Shown here piece after piece: positions 1-4,976 of a stretch of DNA of 4,976 nt. The notes beneath the pieces are model-generated. The model was not told the origin of the DNA and did not search any database. It saw only the letters and a program-made list of their open reading frames with translations. This stretch comes from a virus (Duplodnaviria > Heunggongvirae > Uroviricota > Caudoviricetes). A program made the position numbers and the translations under genes. Positions within the stretch are counted from its first letter, which is position 1; every line of letters begins with the position of its first letter. Where the stretch lies: the IMG/VR virus record IMGVR_UViG_2693429680_000009. The stretch is one strand, 5' to 3'.

Positions 1-72
1 GGGAAAAATATCATCAGATGGCTGCTTAAAAAAAGAACAAATGGTAGTGTCCGCTATTGCCAGTACACCTCA
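1..72. repeat. Left copy of a 72-bp perfect terminal inverted repeat (partner at 4905-4976)
   Basis: Reverse complement of 4905-4976 matches 1-72 base for base (checked in 10-nt blocks); identity ends at 73 (g) versus complement of 4904 (t). The left copy holds an ATG at 41 that opens only a 21-codon ORF (41-106). Confidence 0.95.
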
Positions 73-253
73 GGATAGCGGTCATGTGATGCCGGTTTCC
101 CGGTAACTCAGCACCGGTATCTGAGTCAACGTTTTCTCTACTGGGTCATTTCCGATACGCCCTGCCTGCTGACAGGCTTTCATCACATCTGAAAATATAG
201 CACCCTGACTGATACTGTAGTACCTAAGGTTCCAGAAACTGTGATGTATCCGG

Positions 254-280
254 CACAGAAAAGCCCCTCCGGAGAGGGCT
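254..280 (-). terminator. Putative rho-independent terminator (minus strand)
   Basis: Minus-strand imperfect GC-rich hairpin AGCCCTCTCCGGAGGGGCT (core palindrome CTCCGGAG) followed by TTTTCTGTG. Confidence 0.5.
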
Positions 281-476
281 GGAGAGTGGCGCTATGTGCC
301 ATTGCATGATGCCGGGTGCCTCCCGGTGAATTCAGTACCAGCACCTGAATCCGCGATTATCCCATATACCTACTCGCTGATTGCCCCTCCGCACAGGGGG
401 ATTCACCATGCCAGTTTCTTTTAACAAACTCCCCGCAAAACAGACAACTGTCAACCGTCTGAATTGTGAGACATTT

Positions 477-502
477 AAAAAAAAGGCCCGCAAAAGCGAG
501 CC
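477..502 (-). terminator. Rho-independent terminator just 3' of tRNA-Arg (minus strand)
   Basis: Minus-strand hairpin GGCTCGC-TTTT-GCGGGCC (7-bp stem, one mismatch) followed by eight T (plus-strand A-run 477-484). Confidence 0.7.
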
Positions 503-516
503 AGGGAAAATAAGTG

Positions 517-593
517 TGGCGCGTTGTACTGGATTCGAACCAGTGACCGATTGCTTAGAAGGCAATTGCTCTGTCCGGCTGAGCTAACAACGC
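517..593 (-). tRNA. tRNA-Arg (anticodon UCU), 77 nt, CCA encoded
   Basis: Reverse complement GCGTTGTTAGCTCAGCCGGACAGAGCAATTGCCTTCTAAGCAATCGGTCACTGGTTCGAATCCAGTACAACGCGCCA folds as a cloverleaf: acceptor GCGTTGT/ACAACGC, D stem GCTC/GAGC, anticodon stem ATTGC/GCAAT, loop CTTCTAA (anticodon TCT), T stem ACTGG/CCAGT, T loop TTCGAAT, discriminator G, CCA. Confidence 0.9.
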
Positions 594-693
594 TGAATAC
601 CGATAATGGACCGCCATCGGGGACCCGCCCCCGCACCAACAACCCTGTTATCGTGTCGTCTGCTCTTCCTGATAAGCTAATGGCGGTTTGTGA

Positions 694-769
694 TGGTGGC
701 CCTTGCTGGATTTGAACCAGCGACCTGGCGATTATGAGTCGCTCGCTCTCACCACTGAGCTAAAGGGCC
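694..769 (-). tRNA. tRNA with anticodon CAU, most likely tRNA-Ile2 (lysidine type), otherwise elongator tRNA-Met; 76 nt, CCA encoded
   Basis: Reverse complement GGCCCTTTAGCTCAGTGGTGAGAGCGAGCGACTCATAATCGCCAGGTCGCTGGTTCAAATCCAGCAAGGGCCACCA: acceptor GGCCCTT/AAGGGCC, D stem GCTC/GAGC, anticodon stem AGCGA/TCGCC (one A-C mismatch), anticodon CAT, T stem GCTGG/CCAGC, T loop TTCAAAT. Resembles my recollection of E. coli ileX more than initiator or elongator Met; Ile versus Met cannot be settled from sequence alone. Confidence 0.85.
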
Positions 770-805
770 GGGAGCAGAATAATAACGGTCCGTAATTAAT
801 TCCGC

Positions 806-832
806 AATAAAAAACCCGCTCGGCGGCGGGTT
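806..832 (-). terminator. tR'-like rho-independent terminator between the Q-type gene and the tRNAs
   Basis: Minus-strand hairpin AACCCGCCGCCGAGCGGGTT (stem CCCGC/GCGGG) followed by TTTTTTATT, about 40-65 nt downstream of the predicted late promoter. Confidence 0.65.
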
Positions 833-871
833 GTAGAAACTCTTCTAACGTCAGGCATAAAACGCCCATAG

Positions 872-1726
872 TTATGACGAATTTACCACAGATTCCGGAA
901 AAATCAACCTAGTTACCTTTTTTAACTGCCGCTCAGCCCATGCTTCTTCAATATCAAACCGAGTCACCAGCGCATCATAGAATTTCTTAACTGTTTTTTC
1001 CCATGACGCGCGTGTTATCTGGTTTGTCACCTCGCATATAGCATTAAATGCCTCCGTTGATGGTAGTCTTTCATAGCCACGACCACCACAACGCTGGCAG
1101 TCTCTGATAACAGGCATACCACGTTTTACCGACTCTTCACGATGAATGGCGACACCACGCCCACGGCAATCCTTACAGGCGGTGGAAACCTCACCCTTTC
1201 CGCCACACTCCGGACAGGCAACTTTTACCACCTCCCTGACTTTTTTCCATTCTTCCCAGTAAGACGGATACACACCTTTCGTACACTTTGCCCATACCGG
1301 CGGCTTACCATCCGGATACTGGATCTTGTTTGTAAAAACCTCGCTTTCAATAAATTTTTTTCCGTGACAGCAGGGGCACTGTTTTTTGCTCGCCGCGCTA
1401 CGGGCATAATCTTCAAACGCATACGAAGCCATAATACGCATCACTGCCGGTTTTATTTCTGCCGGGAGTTTTCTTAACGCCGCCACGCGATCACACCGAC
1501 TGAGTGCATATTCTGTCAGCAATTCTGTTGCCCGCTCTCTGTCATTCATACTAATGCCCATTTTCCCAAGGAACGCAGAAACCCCCATCTCAGCCCGATT
1601 CTGTGTCATGCCCTGCGCGGCCATCACATCAGTGATACTCAGCGCATCTTTCGACGTTGAGGCCGATGCATCAGTCAGGCCGGGGGATTTTGGGGAGTAG
1701 TATTTCGGTAAATCTTCCAGTTTCAT
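872..1726 (-). CDS. Q-type late-gene antitermination protein (284 aa, multiple CxxC zinc-finger-like motifs)
   Basis: Long ORF with CPCC, CPEC...CKDC and CQRC motifs. Sits directly downstream of rusA (ATGA overlap at 1723-1726) and directly upstream of a promoter/terminator pair and tRNA genes, the canonical lambdoid Q position. Family call is by context and recollection, not a search. Confidence 0.7.
   Translation of the reverse strand: MKLEDLPKYYSPKSPGLTDASASTSKDALSITDVMAAQGMTQNRAEMGVSAFLGKMGISMNDRERATELLTEYALSRCDRVAALRKLPAEIKPAVMRIMASYAFEDYARSAASKKQCPCCHGKKFIESEVFTNKIQYPDGKPPVWAKCTKGVYPSYWEEWKKVREVVKVACPECGGKGEVSTACKDCRGRGVAIHREESVKRGMPVIRDCQRCGGRGYERLPSTEAFNAICEVTNQITRASWEKTVKKFYDALVTRFDIEEAWAERQLKKVTRLIFPESVVNSS
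880..907 (-). promoter_or_regulatory. Putative late promoter (pR'-like) embedded in the last codons of the Q-type gene
   Basis: Minus strand: TTGATT (-35, plus 902-907), 16-bp spacer ending TGG (extended -10 TG), TAAATT (-10, plus 880-885). Predicted start near 873, reading toward the terminator at 806-832 and the tRNAs. Confidence 0.45.
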
Positions 1727-2103
1727 TTTTTGACCTGCCCTTCAAGCATTATGGGATAAATCTTCACCCCCAGACGTCCACCAGATACTGGCTGAGCACG
1801 AACGATATTGATTTCATCAAACTGCTCATCGTCCATTAGCAACCCCGCATGCGTCAGCGCATCCAGCGGCGCTTTCAGAATATTGTCCAGGTCACGGCGG
1901 CGCTTATCCGGTGGTTCTGCAATAATTTTTATTGCCAACCTTCCGGACAGGCTTAATTTCAGCCGCTGCTGGCGAACAATAAGCGCCACTGCCCGGCGAT
2001 AACGCTCCCCGGCTTTTGATACAAAATATGTGCTGCCACGACGACGCCAGTAAGTGTTCACCGTCGGCGGGTAAGGTAAAACAAATTCTATGCGCTCGGT
2101 CAT
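1723..2103 (-). CDS. rusA: RusA-family Holliday junction resolvase (126 aa)
   Basis: Protein contains PDKRRRDLDNILKAPLDALTHAGLLMDDEQ and VLPYPPTVNTYWRRRG, matching the RusA acidic catalytic core as I recall it from E. coli RusA. Start abuts the upstream stop (TAAATG at 2101-2106). Confidence 0.9.
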   Translation of the reverse strand: MTERIEFVLPYPPTVNTYWRRRGSTYFVSKAGERYRRAVALIVRQQRLKLSLSGRLAIKIIAEPPDKRRRDLDNILKAPLDALTHAGLLMDDEQFDEINIVRAQPVSGGRLGVKIYPIMLEGQVKK

Positions 2104-3162
2104 TTATGCTTTCCACTTCAGAACACCCGAATTTCTCGCGTGCATTAAAAAACGAATCAGCAACAACAGCTGACTGCCGTGTTTCTCTTCAAAATCTTTT
2201 ACTCCGGCATGTAGTTCGTTACGGCATTTACGGCATAACGGAATAACAAACAAATCATCAGCCTTTGTTCCCATCCCTCCCAGTCCATGACCAATGATGT
2301 GATGCGGATCATCTGCCTGATTGCCACACGTCATGCATTTCTGCGTTTTTACCCAGCGCGTGTATACAGGCATCTCTTCCCGTTGTGATTTCTGGCGCTG
2401 GAGATACTGAGCCGGTGACTCCGGATCAACGGCAATGCTGACCACCGTCTTTTCCTGTGGTGGGTTCTGTTGCTGGTGGACGTGAGGCAGTAACGCAATA
2501 TTTTTTGTGCGCTGCTTCAGTATGCTGGTGGCTGTCTGCTCTCCCGGTATGATGTCGCTTTCACTGTACACAGAGCGAATTTTTTCCGCACGCAACCCCA
2601 GCGAACGACGTAATACCGCTTCCGGTAGCGCGTCCGCCACCTGATTGCGGACCGCCCACCAGGATAATTCAGCCAGAGATAATTCACGCTCCTGCGTACC
2701 GCTTATTGCGTGACCGATGACGTCAATCATCCATGCTGACAGGTTTTGATGAGCAAGTTGCTCGAGTGATTCGGATGTCTGGTCACGCAGCTGGTTGTCG
2801 CAGTGCCAGCACAACACCATTGCGCCGGTACCATAACGGTGAATGACGGTTTCGCTGTGATGATAATCGCCGTGTGGCCACTGGCAGGATTTAATATGGC
2901 GCAACAGCCAGTCAGACAATGCACCAGCACCACCAGCAGCACGAATCACCCGTGCGTTACTGAAAAACGGCAGCAATGTTTTGTCTTCCACCAGCGGCTG
3001 GCGAGCGGCAGGAACGACCCCGGACGGCAGATTACGCATGCTTTTTGGTTCCGGCTCCACCAGTATTCTGCCGTTATGGAATGCTGACATTGATTCACGG
3101 CCTGGCTTAACGATAACCAGACCGAGTTCCGGTACCAGAACAGGTCGAAGTAATACCCGCAC
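2104..3162 (-). CDS. DUF968-family prophage protein (YdfU-like) with C-terminal HNH-like motif, 352 aa
   Basis: Full-length ORF in the position YdfU-type genes occupy before rusA/Q. C-terminal CMTCG...PHHIIGHGLGG...LCRKCRNELH has HNH-like CxxC...HH...CxxC...H spacing. Start is uncertain: GTG at 3162 sits only 4 nt from a GGAGG; internal ATGs at codons 25 and 42 lack a good RBS. Confidence 0.72.
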   Translation of the reverse strand: MRVLLRPVLVPELGLVIVKPGRESMSAFHNGRILVEPEPKSMRNLPSGVVPAARQPLVEDKTLLPFFSNARVIRAAGGAGALSDWLLRHIKSCQWPHGDYHHSETVIHRYGTGAMVLCWHCDNQLRDQTSESLEQLAHQNLSAWMIDVIGHAISGTQERELSLAELSWWAVRNQVADALPEAVLRRSLGLRAEKIRSVYSESDIIPGEQTATSILKQRTKNIALLPHVHQQQNPPQEKTVVSIAVDPESPAQYLQRQKSQREEMPVYTRWVKTQKCMTCGNQADDPHHIIGHGLGGMGTKADDLFVIPLCRKCRNELHAGVKDFEEKHGSQLLLLIRFLMHARNSGVLKWKA

Positions 3163-3237
3163 ATTACCTCCAGATCCGTTGCTGGAATGTGCGGGACGGA
3201 CGCGTTGGCCGTTCGGAGTAAGGGAGCCTGACGGAGA

Positions 3238-3519
3238 TTATCCAGTGACGGTAGTCGAGGCTAAGGGCTTTTTTAACCTCGCATCCGCGCCTGCGGTAAC
3301 ACTGAATGAGCCATTCGGCCTGTTCTTCAGTGCATGGGGGATGCTGGTACCAATCAGATTTAAATGCGTGAGAGCGCCGCCCGTGCCTGCTGGCAAAGAC
3401 GGCTGAATTATCAGAATTGTGTAGTCTGGAAGGCAGTGGCTGACAATAGCGCCATTCTCAACGCGCACAGTATAGAGGCCATCTTCACTAAAAATTTCAC
3501 GTAATTCTTCGATTTTCAT
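3238..3519 (-). CDS. Small hypothetical protein (93 aa from the ATG at 3519; the track calls a TTG one codon upstream), in the rem position of Qin-like prophages
   Basis: ORF with RBS GGAAGG 9 nt upstream of the ATG; lies between the hok terminator and the DUF968 gene. No recognisable motif. Confidence 0.45.
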   Translation of the reverse strand: MKIEELREIFSEDGLYTVRVENGAIVSHCLPDYTILIIQPSLPAGTGGALTHLNLIGTSIPHALKNRPNGSFSVTAGADARLKKPLASTTVTG

Positions 3520-3601
3520 CAACAGAATCCTTCCAGATAAATAGCACTCCCCTGTTCGGGGTCCATCCCTCTTCTCCCTGCGCGCTACTTAAGTATTTTT
3601 G

Positions 3602-3631
3602 ATTCTATTCCGGCACCATCTAAAACTTCAA
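3602..3631 (-). promoter_or_regulatory. Putative sigma70 promoter for the small-ORF/DUF968/rusA/Q operon
   Basis: Minus strand TTGAAG (-35, plus 3626-3631), 18-bp spacer, TAGAAT (-10, plus 3602-3607), immediately after the hok terminator and about 85 nt upstream of the ATG at 3519. Confidence 0.3.
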
Positions 3632-3639
3632 ACGCGTTG

Positions 3640-3671
3640 AAAATAAAAACAAAAACCCGCCGAAGCGGGTT
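3640..3671 (-). terminator. Rho-independent terminator of the hok transcript
   Basis: Minus-strand hairpin AACCCGC-TTCG-GCGGGTT (stem CCCGC/GCGGG, tetraloop UUCG) followed by TTTTGTTTTTATTTT. Confidence 0.8.
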
Positions 3672-3739
3672 AAGTGTGGGTGCATTGAGGATGCCTGACC
3701 CATCAGAGGTGGCGAGGGATTTCTCCCCCGCCTGGTCTC

Positions 3740-3895
3740 TTACTCCTCAGGTTCGTAAGCTGTGAAGACAGCGACCTCCGTCTGGCCGGTTCGAATTCGT
3801 ACCTCGCAGAGGTCTTTCCTCGTTACCAGTGCCGTCACTATGACGGTTAAACAGATGACGATCAGGGCGATTAACATCGCCTTTTGCTGCTTCAT
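3740..3895 (-). CDS. hokD: Hok/Gef-family type I toxin (51 aa), HokD/RelF-like
   Basis: Translation MKQQKAMLIALIVICLTVIVTALVTRKDLCEVRIRTGQTEVAVFTAYEPEE: single transmembrane helix and conserved Hok C-terminal region; matches HokD/RelF as I recall it. RBS AAGGAG 7 nt upstream of the ATG at 3895. Confidence 0.9.
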   Translation of the reverse strand: MKQQKAMLIALIVICLTVIVTALVTRKDLCEVRIRTGQTEVAVFTAYEPEE

Positions 3896-3952
3896 AGCCT
3901 GCTTCTCCTTGCCTTTCGGCACGTAAGAGGCTAACCTAGATTTGCCGTTCAT
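3740..3952 (-). CDS. mok-like leader reading frame (70 codons), in-frame N-terminal extension of hok
   Basis: ATG at 3952 preceded by GAGG; the frame runs through the hok start. The 19-codon extension MNGKSRLASYVPKGKEKQA resembles the layout of chromosomal mok/hok pairs as I recall them. Confidence 0.55.
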   Translation of the reverse strand: MNGKSRLASYVPKGKEKQAMKQQKAMLIALIVICLTVIVTALVTRKDLCEVRIRTGQTEVAVFTAYEPEE

Positions 3953-4030
3953 AGATTGAGCCTCAGATTAATGTTAAGCGTCTTGCCGGACGCGTAATGT
4001 TAACTGGGGCTTTTCTCTATCTGCCTTTTG
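3940..4030 (+). ncRNA. Expected Sok-like antisense RNA region (not resolved)
   Basis: Inferred from hok/sok architecture only: the antisense regulator should be on the plus strand opposite the mok start. The best plus-strand promoter-like match is weak (TTGCCT 3909-3914, TAACCT 3932-3937) and no clean plus-strand terminator was found; a hairpin GCGTC/GACGC lies at 3976-3993. Confidence 0.2.
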
Positions 4031-4071
4031 GTGTTCATGCCTGAGACAGATAGCCTCAAGCACCCGCTGCA

Positions 4072-4099
4072 ATTCTACTTAACTCTCCTTTTCCCGCAA
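4072..4099 (-). promoter_or_regulatory. Putative hok mRNA promoter
   Basis: Minus strand TTGCGG (-35, plus 4094-4099), 16-bp spacer, TAGAAT (-10, plus 4072-4077). Predicted 5' end GGGUGCUUGAGGC near 4065 is complementary to the transcript 3' region (plus 3678-3690), as expected for hok mRNAs. Confidence 0.55.
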
Positions 4100-4186
4100 A
4101 CCGTTTTTATCCCCAGCGGCAAATCGAATACACCACCAGCGCCACCGCCATCGCAATTCCTACCGTTGTTAATGCTTCAGGCCAGG

Positions 4187-4531
4187 TCATCGTAAAATAT
4201 CCTCCACGCTTATCAGTCCGTTCCGCTCCAGATAACTCATCGCCTTATCCGGTAATTTGCAGTCTGGCTTCGCTTTCCTCAGTTGCCAGGTTAACTGCTT
4301 TACCAGCATGGTTAACTCATCGACCAGACGCTGATATCCCACTGGTTTGTATTCATGCAATTTACCGGCTGGCTCTGCTGCCAGCGATACCAGTGCGATT
4401 TCCAGAACAGCAATATCCATCTTATATGTGCGGATGATGTCATGGTCGATTGTGCCCGGTATGCACAGTCTCTGTGCTTCAATAGTCTCCTCTGCGTGAG
4501 CTATTAACTGCTCTCTGGTAAAAGTCGTCAT
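4187..4531 (-). CDS. Hypothetical protein, 114 aa, partial paralog of the upstream 55-aa ORF
   Basis: ORF from the track. Its ATG (4529-4531) overlaps the stop of the upstream 55-aa ORF (ATGA). Shares N-terminal MTTFTRE and a central [10 protein letters not shown] motif with that ORF. Confidence 0.55.
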   Translation of the reverse strand: MTTFTREQLIAHAEETIEAQRLCIPGTIDHDIIRTYKMDIAVLEIALVSLAAEPAGKLHEYKPVGYQRLVDELTMLVKQLTWQLRKAKPDCKLPDKAMSYLERNGLISVEDILR

Positions 4532-4695
4532 GCCGTAGCCCCTTCTTGATATTTTTCAAACCAGAACACAACCGGCTCTGCTTCCAGCGATGCCAGCGCA
4601 ATCCGTGCCAGTTCCATTTGTTCACCACGGGTAAGCCCGTTTTCAAGCGGGTTTTTAATGAACAATTCAATACGTTCTTTGGTAATAGTGGTCAT
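4528..4695 (-). CDS. Hypothetical small protein, 55 aa, absent from the ORF track ([55 protein letters not shown])
   Basis: Hand-translated codon by codon. RBS AAGGAG 6 nt upstream of the ATG at 4693-4695; stop TGA at 4528-4530 overlaps the start of the 114-aa ORF. Confidence 0.5.
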   Translation of the reverse strand: MTTITKERIELFIKNPLENGLTRGEQMELARIALASLEAEPVVFWFEKYQEGATA

Positions 4696-4705
4696 GTGTT
4701 ACTCC

Positions 4706-4936
4706 TTAACCCGCAGTGCTTTCAACTGATGAGGGGAACAAAATCTTTTCATCAAACCCTGCATTCATATCATGAACAGCAACACACCAATCCATCGACG
4801 AACGATTATCAAGAGCCTCCATGATTTCATCCATGCGGCGTAGGTCATACAGGTAAATGCTTTTATCGCCAATGGTGTAAAAGCCAATTTTTTTCGGTGA
4901 TGGATGAGGTGTACTGGCAATAGCGGACACTACCAT
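4706..4936 (-). CDS. Hypothetical ORF, 76 aa, whose start codon and first 10 codons lie inside the right inverted repeat
   Basis: ORF from the track. No convincing RBS before the ATG at 4936 or the internal ATGs; its stop sits immediately upstream of the 55-aa ORF's RBS. May be a fragment or have a different true start. Confidence 0.35.
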   Translation of the reverse strand: MVVSAIASTPHPSPKKIGFYTIGDKSIYLYDLRRMDEIMEALDNRSSMDWCVAVHDMNAGFDEKILFPSSVESTAG

Positions 4937-4976
4937 TTGTTCTTTTTTTAAGCAGCCATCTGATGATATTTTTCCC
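4905..4976. repeat. Right copy of the 72-bp perfect terminal inverted repeat
   Basis: Exact reverse complement of 1-72. Confidence 0.95.

Noticed and set aside
181-215. Outward-facing extended -10 (TGCTATATT, plus 194-202, minus strand) and a 33-codon minus-strand ORF starting at 183
   Set aside because: No usable -35, and the ORF would begin about 4 nt from the predicted start with no RBS; likely chance similarity.
73-516. Possible third tRNA, as in the three-tRNA clusters of Stx-type phages
   Set aside because: Scanned both strands for T-loop (GGTTCGAATCC-like) and acceptor-stem patterns; nothing folds into a cloverleaf.
332-587. Track ORFs 332..565 (-) and 381..587 (+), 77 and 68 aa
   Set aside because: Both run through the tRNA-Arg gene and its terminator, have no RBS and low-complexity translations; they are shadow ORFs over RNA and noncoding sequence.
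594-693. Inverted 7-mers CCGCCAT / ATGGCGG in the spacer between the two tRNAs
   Set aside because: Short arms separated by about 55 nt; at most a precursor-processing structure, not reportable as a feature.
1142-1839. Track ORFs 1142..1477 (+), 1225..1422 (-) and 1657..1839 (+)
   Set aside because: Antisense or out-of-frame shadows inside the Q-type and rusA genes, with no independent start signals.
1808-2246. Track ORFs 1808..2002 (+), 1904..2116 (-) and 2016..2246 (+)
   Set aside because: They overlap the well-supported rusA and DUF968 frames, and their translations are Ser/Arg/Cys-rich shadow products.
2727-3406. Track ORFs 2727..2942 (-), 2803..3087 (+), 2946..3164 (-) and 2981..3406 (+)
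   Set aside because: All lie inside or antisense to the DUF968 gene (the last also covers the intergenic gap and the small rem-position ORF). The ATG at 3164 has only a 2-nt spacer from the GGAGG and opens a short alternative frame.
4479-4824. Track ORFs 4479..4670 (-) and 4546..4824 (+)
   Set aside because: The first is out of frame across the junction of the two paralogous ORFs; the second is antisense to them. The 55-aa frame is preferred for its strong RBS, ATGA coupling and protein-level paralogy.
1-4976. Classical IS or transposon, or CRISPR array
   Set aside because: No transposase or recombinase ORF, no direct-repeat/spacer periodicity, and 72-bp perfect repeats are longer than typical IS ends; the inverted repeat is reported as a finding without a mobile-element call.

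Overview
The window reads as the late-regulatory end of a lambdoid (Qin-like / Stx-phage-like) enterobacterial prophage, with every credible gene on the minus strand. In transcription order (high to low coordinates): three small ORFs of unknown function (76 aa, 55 aa, 114 aa; the last two are partial paralogs joined by an ATGA overlap), a hok/mok type I toxin locus with its own promoter, leader and terminator, a small rem-position ORF, a DUF968 protein with an HNH-like C-terminal motif, a RusA Holliday-junction resolvase, a Q-type antiterminator, a late promoter/terminator pair (pR'/tR'-like), two tRNA genes (Ile2/Met-CAU and Arg-UCU) and two further terminators. The whole window is bounded by a perfect 72-bp terminal inverted repeat (1-72 vs 4905-4976), which is the least expected feature. 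No integrase, transposase, CRISPR array or rRNA is present. Family assignments rest on motif recognition and recalled sequences, not on a database search; promoter, terminator and Sok calls are by-eye predictions.
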